From the IMG/VR virus record IMGVR_UViG_3300028394_000042: a stretch of 64,000 bases of DNA. One strand, 5' to 3'. This DNA comes from a virus. A program made the position numbers and the translations under genes. The notes beneath the pieces were generated by a model. That model worked only from the letters and a program-made list of their open reading frames with translations. It was not told where the DNA came from and did no database searches. Positions 16,580-27,324 of this stretch are shown here, piece by piece (within the stretch, counting starts at the first letter, position 1; each line of letters opens with the position of its first letter).

Positions 16580-17044
16580 TCATTCCTCTACGCCAAAGGT
16601 GTCAATGTGGGCTAAGCGAGCGGCGTAAAACTCCGCAACAGCCCCGGCTACTTCTTCAAATCGCCGTTCGATCTCTGGAATGATAGTAGCCTCGAACACT
16701 TTCATAACGGTCTTTTTGTATTTTGCAAGCGCCGCCGTGGAGTACTTGGCTGCGCGTGCTTTTTCGGCGCCTTCTCTAATCGCTGGACTTGCGTCGAGCA
16801 GTAGCTGCAAGAACGCTGGGCACACGAAGTCGATTGTGTGCCCGTAGGTTTGCCGCACTTCAATTGGCGCAGCGACGCTGAACATGCCGTTGCCGGGCCA
16901 TATGTCGCCGGGTTTTGAGTCGGACGTCGGGTACCGCAATTTTCCCAGCGCCCAACCATACGCGGCGGCATCGTCGTTCGGCTCTTCCATACGGAACTTG
17001 GGCTTACGCTTTTCTATCGGCGTGTCGAGTTTTGCTTTTCGCAT
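16580..17044 (-). CDS. hypothetical protein
   Basis: 154-aa ORF in a co-oriented run. Confidence 0.7.
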   Translation of the reverse strand: MRKAKLDTPIEKRKPKFRMEEPNDDAAAYGWALGKLRYPTSDSKPGDIWPGNGMFSVAAPIEVRQTYGHTIDFVCPAFLQLLLDASPAIREGAEKARAAKYSTAALAKYKKTVMKVFEATIIPEIERRFEEVAGAVAEFYAARLAHIDTFGVEE

Positions 17045-17068
17045 TTGTTTGATAGCTAAGGAAAACGG

Positions 17069-17163
17069 GGCACGTTAACGCACTGGCCGTGTAACCGGGA
17101 GCACACAATACACCCCGGTAAGGGGGCGTAAAGGTGTCCCGGCTACACAGCCAGTGACGTGCC
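17069..17163 (-). ncRNA. rod-like intergenic RNA hairpin
   Basis: Continuous 20-bp stem CACUGGCUGUGUAGCCGGGA/UCCCGGUUACACGGCCAGUG (two G-U pairs), inner 8-bp stem UACGCCCC/GGGGUGUA, outer GGCACGU/ACGUGCC. Confidence 0.7.
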
Positions 17164-17166
17164 AGC

Positions 17167-17562
17167 TTACTGCAAGCTGGCGGAGCATGCCGCGTAAGCG
17201 GCGGAGCGGACAGACAACTCGATGTTGTCGTCCACTTTTCTGACAGCGCCATCGTCGTCGATGGTCGCCATCTCTCCCCGCAGCATAGCTGCGGTATAGT
17301 CGCTGTACCAGCGGGCCATTGGGCCGCGCAGGCCAGCAGCGGTGCGCTTGAGAACGCGCCGCCGGATGAACTCGGCACGGGCCCAGAATCCTTCGATTCT
17401 GTTCAGGCCGCGCGCCGATTTGCGCATCGTATCTTCAAATAACATGATCGCCTTTTCAGGGACGATCTGAAATTGTGGAGGTTGCTTATGCAACCGCCTG
17501 ACAACAGCCAGTTTGAGTCTGGCTGCCGGCTCCTTTATTGCGTGATGAGCAGAATCACGCAC
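17167..17562 (-). CDS. hypothetical basic protein
   Basis: GTG start with AAGGGAG SD. Confidence 0.7.
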   Translation of the reverse strand: MRDSAHHAIKEPAARLKLAVVRRLHKQPPQFQIVPEKAIMLFEDTMRKSARGLNRIEGFWARAEFIRRRVLKRTAAGLRGPMARWYSDYTAAMLRGEMATIDDDGAVRKVDDNIELSVRSAAYAACSASLQ

Positions 17563-17677
17563 GCGATACTCCCTTGTACGCAGGAAAGAGTGCTACCAAT
17601 ACGATGCAGTAGCGACATTAAATATGCCGTGTTTTTGCAAAGAATTTAGCGGCACTTTTGCGCGGGAGACAGCGCGA

Positions 17678-17980
17678 CTAGAAATTATGCTGCACGACTT
17701 GGCCGCTGGAGTTTGCGTACACGATGCGAATGTCGTCAGCGCCAAGCAGCTTTTTGAACTCGTTCTTTTTCTCTGTGCTCATGCTTGCTAGGCACGATTT
17801 AATTCGGGCCATCTCGCTGCGCTGCCGCTCCTGCTTTTTGTTTCCGCAAGAACCACACCCTGTACGGGACGTGTTAAAGATATCCCGCTTGTTCATGAAA
17901 CAAGGGATTGTCTCGGCAAACCGGGTGTCGCTAAGCAGTGTAATGATTGTGCTGTCTTCGATAACGACTGTTCTGGCCAT
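17678..17980 (-). CDS. small CxxC protein
   Basis: GCGSCG motif; last gene of the structural operon. Confidence 0.75.
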   Translation of the reverse strand: MARTVVIEDSTIITLLSDTRFAETIPCFMNKRDIFNTSRTGCGSCGNKKQERQRSEMARIKSCLASMSTEKKNEFKKLLGADDIRIVYANSSGQVVQHNF

Positions 17981-17995
17981 GATGCGCTCTCTTGT

Positions 17996-18511
17996 TTACT
18001 CGGGTGGAATACCGACCCACAGCTGCCCGCCCGGCAACAACGTGTCGGCTGTATCAAGCGCAGTTTTAAGCCGCTGCACGTCTTCTGCCACGTCAGCAAT
18101 AAACGCGTTTACCTCAGCCCGGGAACGCAGCAGCACGTCAACGTAGTCGAGCCGGAACCAAGCTGGGCGCACGTTCGGCAGCGGTTCGTCTTCTGGATAC
18201 TCTTCCAAATCAACCGGCGAGCACACATGATCGAACGCCCCGACGGCTGTGTTTGCGCCCGGCTTCATTGGCAGCATCAAGTACGCAAAGACTTTCGACG
18301 CCATTTCTGCGGCGTCAGTAGCTGTGATCCTGACGCGAATGCCGTCTGTCTCGCTGAAGTTGTACCGGCTCACAGTCCACGTTAACTTAATGCGCCGGCC
18401 GTTATCTGGTTGTGGCGGCGGTGGCGTAATGATCGGATTGTAGAAGTCCAGCCCGATGGCGTCCGGCAGTACGATAGTTCCGTCGAGTGGCTCTGGATCA
18501 CATGTCGACAT
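17996..18511 (-). CDS. hypothetical structural-module protein
   Basis: Probable start MSTCDPEPLDG. Confidence 0.7.
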   Translation of the reverse strand: MSTCDPEPLDGTIVLPDAIGLDFYNPIITPPPPQPDNGRRIKLTWTVSRYNFSETDGIRVRITATDAAEMASKVFAYLMLPMKPGANTAVGAFDHVCSPVDLEEYPEDEPLPNVRPAWFRLDYVDVLLRSRAEVNAFIADVAEDVQRLKTALDTADTLLPGGQLWVGIPPE

Positions 18512-18518
18512 ACGGCAC

Positions 18519-18797
18519 CTACGGAGAAACGGGTAAAACGACGGCTGTGATGTTAACCGGCCCAACTGTATCGGCTGTCACGTAACCCAGCGCCAAGCCG
18601 TGTTCGTCTGTCAGTCCCGGTTGTTGAATTGTGACGCCCGCGCGGCTTGCCGAAAGTTGTGCTTGCCTGCCGGCGACGGGTTGGTCGTTGTGATCGCGCA
18701 GGCGGACTTTGACGACAGCTTGGTGCGTACCGTCTGCGGGCACGTGCGGACTAGACCCGTGAAGGATGCGCGAGTTAGCTGGTTGGACATTGCTCAT
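18519..18797 (-). CDS. stand-alone bacterial Ig-like (Big_1, invasin/intimin-type) domain
   Basis: VPADGTHQAVVKVRLRDHNDQPVAG...TDEHGLALGYVTADTVGPVNITA. Confidence 0.75.
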   Translation of the reverse strand: MSNVQPANSRILHGSSPHVPADGTHQAVVKVRLRDHNDQPVAGRQAQLSASRAGVTIQQPGLTDEHGLALGYVTADTVGPVNITAVVLPVSP

Positions 18798-19159
18798 GGG
18801 AACACGTATCGGCGCAGCGAGTTAGTTCCGGGGTGGATGTAATGTATTGTAACTCCTGTGTGCGCAATATCCTCAGCTTTCGCCACGTACCGGATAAACT
18901 GCTGCACTGTTTCAGGCTCTGTCTGGCGCGCTGCTTCAAGCCTGTCGAGTAGCGCCATAATTGCGTTTGTGAGCAGCGACGTGTCTGCGCGGCACCTACA
19001 GCCAGCTTTTTTGGCCGACTCGTAGAACGCGGCAAGGCTGGACGCGGCGAGGGGCTGGATATCTACAAGTGCTTGATTGCGCGTGAAAAAGTCCGGCTGC
19101 TCAAACATGTTGATGATGTTGTCGCGGCTAATCGAGACCATGCGTGTGATCGTGGCCAT
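18794..19159 (-). CDS. small Cys-motif protein, likely paralog of 17678..17980
   Basis: GCRC motif and similar overall layout. Confidence 0.7.
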   Translation of the reverse strand: MATITRMVSISRDNIINMFEQPDFFTRNQALVDIQPLAASSLAAFYESAKKAGCRCRADTSLLTNAIMALLDRLEAARQTEPETVQQFIRYVAKAEDIAHTGVTIHYIHPGTNSLRRYVFP

Positions 19160-19180
19160 GCCGAGTTCCTTTAGTTATCT

Positions 19181-19825
19181 TTACGCGCTGGCTGCCGCCT
19201 TAATCGCCGCCCGCAGCGCTGTGTTTGTCTGTAGTTCACTGATAAGTAGCGCAACTGTCAACTCGCCTTGTACGCCAGTAGCCCCCGGCGGGCCACACGC
19301 GCCAGTGGCGCCAGCCACGCCAGTCACGCCTATCAAGCCAGACGGCCCGACAGGCCCGGTTATGCCGCGCGGCCCGCTAGGCCCACTAGGTCCAGTTGCG
19401 CCTGTAGCGCCAGCTGCGCCAACGGGCCCAGAGACACCGCGTAAACCAGACGGGCCTTGCCTGCCTGCGTTACCTGTAATCCCAGTCATGCCAGTAGGCC
19501 CAGCAGAACCAGCCGGGCCAGATTGGCCTGTCAAACCGCTTGGACCAACTTCGCCGCGCAGCCCGCTGATACCGGGAATGCCGCTTGGGCCAGATAACCC
19601 GCGCAAACCAGACGGCCCGCTAGGTCCACTTGGTCCACTGGGGCCACTGGGGCCTTGAGTTCCTTGTGGCCCCTGTTTGCCGGTTAAGCCAGACGGCCCC
19701 GCTATGCCCGGGTCGCCCTGCGGCCCCGGCGGCCCCTCTGGGCAGATGCCACAGTTGTTAAGCTCTGTTACAGCCATCGGCGTGCCGACGTACTGGACAA
19801 ACTCTACAGGATGCTTGTCGGCCAT
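19181..19825 (-). CDS. collagen-like fibre protein
   Basis: About 52 uninterrupted G-X-Y triplets; C-terminus ISELQTNTALRAAI. Confidence 0.9.
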   Translation of the reverse strand: MADKHPVEFVQYVGTPMAVTELNNCGICPEGPPGPQGDPGIAGPSGLTGKQGPQGTQGPSGPSGPSGPSGPSGLRGLSGPSGIPGISGLRGEVGPSGLTGQSGPAGSAGPTGMTGITGNAGRQGPSGLRGVSGPVGAAGATGATGPSGPSGPRGITGPVGPSGLIGVTGVAGATGACGPPGATGVQGELTVALLISELQTNTALRAAIKAAASA

Positions 19826-19826
19826 G

Positions 19827-22800
19827 TTATGTACTCACGATAGCGAGAATAGCGGCGCGTAAAGTAGGGTTTGTTTGCAGCTGGCTGATAAACGCCGTCA
19901 TAAACGCTGCGTTGCCGGGTATATCACCGGGGTAGCCACTTGGCAGCACGCCAGTAGCACCCGGCGGGCCGCACGGCCCTGTGGCCCCTGTGTGGCCCAC
20001 GCCGGCCGTTCCGGGCACACCAGACACTCCAGACACCCCTCTGTCGCCCGTGGCGCCACGCGGGCCTGTAGGGCCTGTAGCGCCCGTAAAACCGGCCGGT
20101 CCTTGGGTGCCAGCTACGCCGGGAAGCCCCTGTAAGCCCCGGGCGCCAGAAATACCGCGCAAGCCAGATACGCCGTTCGTGCCAGCGTCGCCTTTATCGC
20201 CCTTTGCGCCTGTATCGCCCTTTGCTCCAGCGTCACCAGTTTTTGTGAACGACAACAAGCACTGCCCGGTGAACAATCCTGCCGCCGCGGGTATGTTTGC
20301 CGGATTTGCCTGCGTTACGTAATTTACCGCCAGCTCGTAGTAGTTGCTGTGGTTTGTAGCGCCAGCCACGTTATAGATAACAAAACCGGGGGCTTGCGTA
20401 GCCGCGAATGTCGGCGTCGAGACAGTGAGCGTGCCTTTGATGGCACTAGAGCTAGCTGCGAAGTTAGCCAGCCACAGATCTACACCAATACTGTCGGCGG
20501 CGGTCGTGCTGATGTACACAGCCGTAGTTGTAGCGACGTCTGCGCCACTGAAGTTGATTTTGCCACCGCCCGGGTTGCCTGCTCCCTGCGAGAACAATCC
20601 GTAAGTGAATCGGATTGAGTCGCCGCCGTAATTTCCAGACATTCCGGTTACGCCCGGCAGGCCCTGCACACCAGTTTCGCCTGTCAAACCAGTGGGGCCA
20701 GTCATACCTGTGGGGCCGGTTTTACCAGTCAGCCCGGAAGGCCCTACCGCGCCGCGGTCGCCGGTGTTGCCTTTGGCGCCAGTTACGCCGCGGTCGCCCG
20801 TGCAGCCTGTAGCACCTGTTGCGCCGGCGCGGCCCGGCGCGCCTACGCCCGTCGCGCCAGTTGCGCCTGTTACGCCTACGCCAGTTGCGCCAGCTGGGCC
20901 AGATGGGCCGGATGGTCCGCGCTCACCTTCTACACCGTCAGCTCCGTTTTGGCCAGCCTGTCCCGGTATGCCAGTTGGGCCGCGCAACCCAGTCGGGCCC
21001 GCTGGGCCGGCAATCCCGCGGTCACCTTGCGGGCCGTCTGGTCCTTGCGGCCCAGTTGGGCCTGTGGGGCCTTCGGGTCCGGTTGGGCCGCTGCCGCTGC
21101 CACCAGAACTAGACGAGCTACTCCCAGAGCATGTTGCAACTTCCAGTTCAATCAACGCGGTTAGTTTTGTGTCTTTGCCGGCTGGGGTGAAAGTGAATTT
21201 GCCAGAACCTACTTGTTTGCCATCAGCTTTAACAACGATTCCGCCGTTGTCGCTGACCAACTGCGACATAGCAAACGTTTGCTTAACAGAGTACTGCGAA
21301 CATTCTGCCGACTGCGGATTAGTTTTTGTGATTTCTGTTTTTGTGCCATCAGCGCGAACTGGTGAGTAAGTTACTTGCCCGCCCCAGCTAACATCAACAT
21401 CAACTTTTGTTGGTTCTGGCGTAAATGTTAAACAATCTGTCAGTGCGCCAATACGCAAGTCCTGTGAGATCACGTACTCGCACGTGTCGATTTGCCTGAT
21501 AGATATGTAGCCGTAACCTTTGGACCCGTTGTTGATATATTGCGGACCAACGTCCACAGACGACGAACCTTGATCAAAGTTGAATTTCAGGTTTTGGCAT
21601 GGCCGCGGAATCGTCAAGTCCATCTGGATGCCAAAACTACACTCGTTGCTATTTACGTCGATTGCCGACATAGAGCCGGTTGCGTACGTATTGCCGTATT
21701 CATCTTTTACGTAGATGTAACCGCCGCTAAACGTCGTGCATTTAGGCGTTGGCAGAAACAGCTCAAGGCCGAGCTGGAAATCAAACAAGCACTGGCCGTT
21801 CTCACCGCTACCGACGTTGCCGCCCGATACAGTGAAGTACCCACGAGGCTCGTTGCTTTCGTAGATGCTTACCTCGCCGGATCGCATGTAGATAACAGGG
21901 CACGCAATCTGCGGGATTGGAATATCGATAAACGTGTCAAACAGGAACGTACACGTACCGGGGTCTGTACATGTAGCCGGTGTACTGCGTGTGCGCAGGT
22001 CAAACCGGCTTCGGCTTGTGAAGTCTCCGTTTTGCGGTACTTGCCGAGTTTGCGCTGTACCGGTGTATGTAATGTCCGGGCATTTAGGCGTCGGTACAGG
22101 TATGACCAGATCTAGTGTGATTTCAAAGTCGCACGTGTCGGGTACGTCGCAACCATTACCCGGGGTTACCACGCGCACAATGTTGAACTGGCTGGTGCGG
22201 TTGCTGACGCAGGACGTACCAGCGTAACCCACAGTCGTTGTGAACGACTTGCTTTGTATGTCGATACAGGGCGGCACAGGAATGGGGACGACAATCTCTA
22301 GGTCAATATCAAACGCGCACGTTGGAATACTGCAGTCGTCGGTAGGTATCTTCGACGCTGTGATTGTGAACTTGTTGCTGGCGTCTTCTACGCACGGCGA
22401 ATTGGCATAGCCGGAGTTCACCGCAAACGTCTTAACGTTGATCTGCGGGCAAGGCGGTTCTGGAATCGGGATGTTGAGGCGTAGATCTAGAGCAAAATCG
22501 CAACGCAGCTCTGAGTTGCAATCAAGCGGGTCTGGCGGCGGGTGGTTTACCGTAAGCGTCGACACAGAGCCGACCATGCAGCTTTCCCAACCCACTGTCT
22601 GCTGTACTGGCAAGACGGATATCGACGGGCAGGCAGGCGGAGGAATGGGAATGACCAGATCAAGATTGAGTTCAAACTCGCATGACTTCTGGTTGGTGCA
22701 GTCAATGCTCGGGTCTAGTTCAACGTAGTTAGCGCTGACCCACTGGTAGCTCTTAGCGTGCGTCAGATCTACGTAGATAATTCCGTCTACGCCAATTTCT

Positions 22801-23897
22801 GGAAAATCGGTAAGTGATTCGTACTCGCGGCGGTTTGACGTTGACGTGACCGTAAACGTTGACGCGCGTTGCACACACGATGACCCCGCGTAGCCAACTG
22901 TTACAGCCGGGCTGTTTGCGTTGATACTGGGACACGGTGGCCGCGGGATCGGCACTACAAGATCGAGGTTTAAGTCGAATGCGCACGCGTCTGTGTCCGG
23001 CACGCGATCCATCGTGAGCGTCGATTCGCGGTCAACACACGCGCTGCCGGTATAGCCAGACGTGACAGATAGCGTTGGCGGGTTGATCGTCGGGCATTCT
23101 GGCAACGGAACTGGTATGACAATTTCTATTTTGAGGTCGAACTCGCAAGGCTTGAGCTGGTTGCAGTTCTCGCTTGGCGCCAGCTCAGTTGCGGCGTACG
23201 TTGCTAACTCAGGCTGCCAGAAGTACACAGCGCTATCGGCAAGATAGAAAGTATCTGTAGCGCCTGTAGTCGGCAGCTGCCCAAAAGTATTTGAGGCCAC
23301 TACGGTGGTTGTGTCGTTAAGCTCGTATGCAGTGCCAGTCCACTTATATGCGGCAAGTCCGTCGATGTCGATGTAATCTACAGCGTCATCGCCTGTAGCT
23401 GGGAAGTTCGCCGTTGTGACGTATTGCTGCGCGTATTTTGTCACGCGCGGGGCAACAACGAATATCGACGGCCGCTGAACAGCTTCTGAGTTTTCGTAGC
23501 CAGTGATAACCGTGACGCCGGTAGTGTTGATGATCGGGCACGGCGGTTTCGGGATCGGCACAGCCAGATCAAAATTGAAGTCGTATTTACACGGATCTAC
23601 GTCAACTTTGGCGAGCGTCAGAATAGCGGAGGGCTCAGTGGGGATACCGCACCGCGCAGCCTCCGACGCGCCAGTTGGAGCGTACCCAGCCACAATGCTG
23701 GACGTAATCGAGAACTCGGGGCAATTTATGCCAACGTCTGTGAAAATATCGCGCGGCACGTTGGGCAGCGCGCAGTTGTAGATCGGCTTCGGCAGCGGAG
23801 TGATATTGCAGACGTCGAGCTGGATGAAGTCGAAATCGACTTTATCTACTGGCTCAATGTCGCACTGCGTATTGCTAGCAAATAAATTTTCGGCCAT
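19827..23897 (-). CDS. long tail-fibre/appendage protein with Cys/Pro-rich repeats and two collagen segments
   Basis: About 11 C-x-F-x-L-x-L-x-L-x-IPIP-x-P-x-CP units; two G-X-Y blocks; C-terminus [14 protein letters not shown]. Confidence 0.85.
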   Translation of the reverse strand: MAENLFASNTQCDIEPVDKVDFDFIQLDVCNITPLPKPIYNCALPNVPRDIFTDVGINCPEFSITSSIVAGYAPTGASEAARCGIPTEPSAILTLAKVDVDPCKYDFNFDLAVPIPKPPCPIINTTGVTVITGYENSEAVQRPSIFVVAPRVTKYAQQYVTTANFPATGDDAVDYIDIDGLAAYKWTGTAYELNDTTTVVASNTFGQLPTTGATDTFYLADSAVYFWQPELATYAATELAPSENCNQLKPCEFDLKIEIVIPVPLPECPTINPPTLSVTSGYTGSACVDRESTLTMDRVPDTDACAFDLNLDLVVPIPRPPCPSINANSPAVTVGYAGSSCVQRASTFTVTSTSNRREYESLTDFPEIGVDGIIYVDLTHAKSYQWVSANYVELDPSIDCTNQKSCEFELNLDLVIPIPPPACPSISVLPVQQTVGWESCMVGSVSTLTVNHPPPDPLDCNSELRCDFALDLRLNIPIPEPPCPQINVKTFAVNSGYANSPCVEDASNKFTITASKIPTDDCSIPTCAFDIDLEIVVPIPVPPCIDIQSKSFTTTVGYAGTSCVSNRTSQFNIVRVVTPGNGCDVPDTCDFEITLDLVIPVPTPKCPDITYTGTAQTRQVPQNGDFTSRSRFDLRTRSTPATCTDPGTCTFLFDTFIDIPIPQIACPVIYMRSGEVSIYESNEPRGYFTVSGGNVGSGENGQCLFDFQLGLELFLPTPKCTTFSGGYIYVKDEYGNTYATGSMSAIDVNSNECSFGIQMDLTIPRPCQNLKFNFDQGSSSVDVGPQYINNGSKGYGYISIRQIDTCEYVISQDLRIGALTDCLTFTPEPTKVDVDVSWGGQVTYSPVRADGTKTEITKTNPQSAECSQYSVKQTFAMSQLVSDNGGIVVKADGKQVGSGKFTFTPAGKDTKLTALIELEVATCSGSSSSSSGGSGSGPTGPEGPTGPTGPQGPDGPQGDRGIAGPAGPTGLRGPTGIPGQAGQNGADGVEGERGPSGPSGPAGATGVGVTGATGATGVGAPGRAGATGATGCTGDRGVTGAKGNTGDRGAVGPSGLTGKTGPTGMTGPTGLTGETGVQGLPGVTGMSGNYGGDSIRFTYGLFSQGAGNPGGGKINFSGADVATTTAVYISTTAADSIGVDLWLANFAASSSAIKGTLTVSTPTFAATQAPGFVIYNVAGATNHSNYYELAVNYVTQANPANIPAAAGLFTGQCLLSFTKTGDAGAKGDTGAKGDKGDAGTNGVSGLRGISGARGLQGLPGVAGTQGPAGFTGATGPTGPRGATGDRGVSGVSGVPGTAGVGHTGATGPCGPPGATGVLPSGYPGDIPGNAAFMTAFISQLQTNPTLRAAILAIVST

Positions 23898-23899
23898 GG

Positions 23900-24844
23900 T
23901 TACGTCGTAGGTTGTGCGCAGGCAGAAGATGGGGCGGCTGTTACGGCTATGCTGCTTTGATTATCGACGGTTTGCACGGTGATTGTCACCCCTGTTCCGC
24001 CGATAATGTTTTGTTGGCTGCCACTGACTCCGTTGATGGTCGTAATTAACTCGCTACACGCCGGGCCACCGCTGTAGAAACCGGTAACGGTGTCGTACGG
24101 CTCGTCTGGGTAGAGCGGTATCTCGCCGCCGTGGGCGCAGAGTGCAGCGTCCTGTGGCGCGCCGGCCCCGACCGCTGCCGATATAGACAGGTTGTTTGCC
24201 CTGTCTGTTTGCGTAATCTGGCAGTTGTAGCCTTCTTTGAGCCGGATGTCGCCTTTCATACAGCGGGCGTTAACAATGATTGATTTGTACGGCACGAGTC
24301 CAGCTGAGTCGCAGTCTGGTACGCGCGTCCGGTCGTAGTTACCTACGCTGATAGAGCGCAGGTAAGCTTTGGCTAGGCTTTGAATACGGCCCGGCTCAAT
24401 CTTGTAGTCGGTACTGCCAAACGTGAACTCGTTCCCGTTGGCAAGAAGTTCATCTTTAAGTTCACACAGTGGCCCAGTCACTAGGAAGCCGCGCCAACTG
24501 GGTTCTTCGGCGCAGTTTGTTTCGTTGTAGCCACTGATAGTTGCGGCGTCGGCGTACTCGATCAGCCACTCTGGGTTGACGCAGTCGTCAGGAATAGGCC
24601 GGGAGAATGTAAGCGTAGCGGCAGTAGCGTTAGTCTTGAATACGAACACAAAGTCTGTGGCCGTGAGCGAAATACTGTGCAGCCAGATGCTGTGCGCGCT
24701 GAAGTCGAAATTGATATCTAAACCCATCACGAACCCGGCATCTACGACAACGCTATTTGGTATCGTTGTAGCTGGCGGAACGGGAGTGTAGATGAACGGA
24801 TACGCTCGGTATTCGTTGTCGTTGTAGAAACCGGGTTGCGGCAT
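23900..24844 (-). CDS. baseplate/fibre-associated protein (paralog array)
   Basis: [12 protein letters not shown]-terminal motif; ITTINGVSG motif. Confidence 0.7.
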   Translation of the reverse strand: MPQPGFYNDNEYRAYPFIYTPVPPATTIPNSVVVDAGFVMGLDINFDFSAHSIWLHSISLTATDFVFVFKTNATAATLTFSRPIPDDCVNPEWLIEYADAATISGYNETNCAEEPSWRGFLVTGPLCELKDELLANGNEFTFGSTDYKIEPGRIQSLAKAYLRSISVGNYDRTRVPDCDSAGLVPYKSIIVNARCMKGDIRLKEGYNCQITQTDRANNLSISAAVGAGAPQDAALCAHGGEIPLYPDEPYDTVTGFYSGGPACSELITTINGVSGSQQNIIGGTGVTITVQTVDNQSSIAVTAAPSSACAQPTT

Positions 24845-25605
24845 TACAGCACACTCCTGCCCACAGAAGAAATAACAATAGCGTCGTTTTCTTGGTAGAT
24901 CCGCAGCACAGTGTCGGTGCCGGTGGCTGTGATGGTGAAATTGCCAAACTCGTCTGGCGGCACGTTGTTAATTGTCTTCAGGTAGCGCGGCGCCGGGGCA
25001 GAACTGCCGGGCGCGTTACACAGACTGCGCTTGAACAGCGGGTTGCCGACAATGTCTACCCGGATTACGTTGTCGCCTTCTTTGCGCAGCACAACGCCCT
25101 GATCGCCAACCAGCCAGATGTCGCCATACAGCGTGCGTCCTGTGTCAGCGTCTGTTATGCCGCGAACGCCGGGTTCGTTAGCCGGTATGACCACGCTGCT
25201 GACAAACTCAGTCGCTTTGGCCGTGAACGTGTATGTCCCGATGTCCCATGTGGTAAAGCTGGCCAGATTGTTAGCCAGAAGCATGCCAGCTGGGCGCCCG
25301 TATGCGTCTGTAAATGGCAAGACACCATCTGCCGGCGGGTCGAACGTGCCGTACGAGGCTGTAATCAGAAAGGCGCTGTTTGCATCGCCGATTGTGACGG
25401 TTACGTTTTGCGCGCTAACGACTACAGCCGAGATATACAGCTTGCCGACAGACCGGATAGGGAAGAGCGATGCGTCGATAAACGTGTCCCCGCCAATAGC
25501 GACTTTGCCTGAAGTTGATTTCAGGGTGGCGTTGTCGGCAAACGGGTACTTGGAGTCTTGCTGCTCGTCACGGAACTGCGGGTAAAGTATGCGCGCGCTT
25601 GTCAT
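24844..25605 (-). CDS. baseplate/fibre-associated protein (paralog array)
   Basis: QDSKYPFAD; LKTINNVPPDEFGNF. Confidence 0.7.
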   Translation of the reverse strand: MTSARILYPQFRDEQQDSKYPFADNATLKSTSGKVAIGGDTFIDASLFPIRSVGKLYISAVVVSAQNVTVTIGDANSAFLITASYGTFDPPADGVLPFTDAYGRPAGMLLANNLASFTTWDIGTYTFTAKATEFVSSVVIPANEPGVRGITDADTGRTLYGDIWLVGDQGVVLRKEGDNVIRVDIVGNPLFKRSLCNAPGSSAPAPRYLKTINNVPPDEFGNFTITATGTDTVLRIYQENDAIVISSVGRSVL

Positions 25606-25608
25606 GCT

Positions 25609-27321
25609 TTACTCCACTGTAAATTTGTTGAAGAACGTCAGCGACTGGTTGGAGAACAATCCAACCATACCAGTCAGGCTACCCGGGTTTAAAATCGTGG
25701 CTACGCCCGAAACTTGATTCGCGCCAGAGAGCTCTTCTGCGGCGTACTGCACGTCTACATTGCTGCCGTTCAGAATCATCGTGGCGGATAACGTGTACCA
25801 AGTGTTGGTTTTAACCGGCACAGCTGTATGCGCCTCTTCGACAAAAGAACTGCCGGTGTAACGCAGCACCCGGATACGGCCCCGGATAGCGTCAAGCTGC
25901 ACGGCCAGATATGTCGTAGTGATTGAAAGCGTCTGCGGGTTTTGCGTCTGCACGTAATTCAGGATAAGCCCGCCGTTTCGTGCAACGCCGTCTGCGCTGA
26001 TTTTCAACTGCAGCGATATTTTGTGCCCGTACGCCCAGTCAGTCGGGCAGTTTTTTAACACAGCCAAATTGACTGCGCCGGTACCAGTAGTCGTGTACGT
26101 TTGGTGGCTTGTGTACTCTTCGACAGTCGCGTCACACAGGGCAGGCGCGTCTGTGTAGCGCACGTCAAAGAAACCCTGCCGTTGCGCAAAATACTCTTCC
26201 GGGTAGCACGAGGCAAACCCGATGCACAGCGGTAAAGTCAGGCATGTGTAATCTGTAGTCGGCAGCGTTTCGTTAACAACCACGTCAATGGCTGTGGTGG
26301 GATCTGGCCAGCAGTAAGCGTCTAGTGCGTCTGCTTGTTGGTAAGCAGGCGGCGTAGCTGCTGGATTCCAGTCATACGAAAAGTTAGTGTCCAGCGCGAC
26401 GTACAGATATTGCGGGTCGCCAGTAGCCGGAAAAGCCTCAAAGCTGCTGTAGGCCCGTGTTGTCTTGCCGTCAGGTTTGCAGCACGCGTCTTGAAACGCT
26501 TGCGGCTGTTTAAGCTGATTTGCCGTGCATAGGTCAGTAAGCGTGGCGTCCGTGAGTAGATTTATGCCGCCCGTGAACTGCTCTTGATTGAAGTTGAACG
26601 CAATATTGATGTTGCCATTGCAGTCTGGCTCAATACCGTTTAGCGTCATAATCGGCTGCTTCGGGCATGTGCCGCTTTCAGGGCGCTGGCTGCAAGGGCC
26701 CAAGAACTCCGTCAGCGGGTTGTAGGCTGTCGTGATCTGAGCGCTGTCGAGCCTGAACACAATCGCTGGATATACTGTGCCGTCGTATTCAATGGGTTCG
26801 TATGTCGCTGTTACAGGAGTAGACGCCGCCATGGTGACAACACCCTGCAGCGCCGTTCCGACGTTCAACTTGCCAATAGACGGCACGGGCAAGGGCTTGT
26901 AGGGCTGGGCGCAACGTGGCTGTATCAGTGTCTGCGTGGGCTGTGTATAGCGCCCGGCAAAAGTCTCAGTCAGCCCCGGGCCAAATACAACCCAGCCAGA
27001 TACGCCGGGTTGCAGGGCCGTGATCGCGTAGTTCACATAGCTGTTGATTGGTTTTGGAAGCGAGACAACAGCGACAGGTGTGCCCGACGTAGCAAGAATG
27101 TCGTTCACCGCGCCGAACAGCACAGTCACAATCCCAGCCGACACTGTTACGCCCTGCACATACAAGTAGCGCCCAATTGCTGCCGGGAACCGGATATTGC
27201 AGTCGACTAAGATATCATTACGCAGAAACGCGCCGGCATCGTCTACGCCTGTACTTGACTCGTCAAGCGGGTAGCTCCGGTTGGCCTGCAGGTTGTACCA
27301 ATTTTGGTTGCGTACAGACAT
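25609..27321 (-). CDS. baseplate/fibre-associated protein with beta-rich (possibly lectin-like) C-terminal domain
   Basis: WYNLQANRSYPL; IMTLNGIEPDCNGNI; FPATG module. Confidence 0.7.
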   Translation of the reverse strand: MSVRNQNWYNLQANRSYPLDESSTGVDDAGAFLRNDILVDCNIRFPAAIGRYLYVQGVTVSAGIVTVLFGAVNDILATSGTPVAVVSLPKPINSYVNYAITALQPGVSGWVVFGPGLTETFAGRYTQPTQTLIQPRCAQPYKPLPVPSIGKLNVGTALQGVVTMAASTPVTATYEPIEYDGTVYPAIVFRLDSAQITTAYNPLTEFLGPCSQRPESGTCPKQPIMTLNGIEPDCNGNINIAFNFNQEQFTGGINLLTDATLTDLCTANQLKQPQAFQDACCKPDGKTTRAYSSFEAFPATGDPQYLYVALDTNFSYDWNPAATPPAYQQADALDAYCWPDPTTAIDVVVNETLPTTDYTCLTLPLCIGFASCYPEEYFAQRQGFFDVRYTDAPALCDATVEEYTSHQTYTTTGTGAVNLAVLKNCPTDWAYGHKISLQLKISADGVARNGGLILNYVQTQNPQTLSITTTYLAVQLDAIRGRIRVLRYTGSSFVEEAHTAVPVKTNTWYTLSATMILNGSNVDVQYAAEELSGANQVSGVATILNPGSLTGMVGLFSNQSLTFFNKFTVE

Positions 27322-27324
27322 GGT

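Noticed and set aside
19181-21100. CRISPR-like or DNA-level tandem repeats
   Set aside because: The periodicity is explained by collagen G-X-Y codons; I saw no repeat-spacer array in the window.
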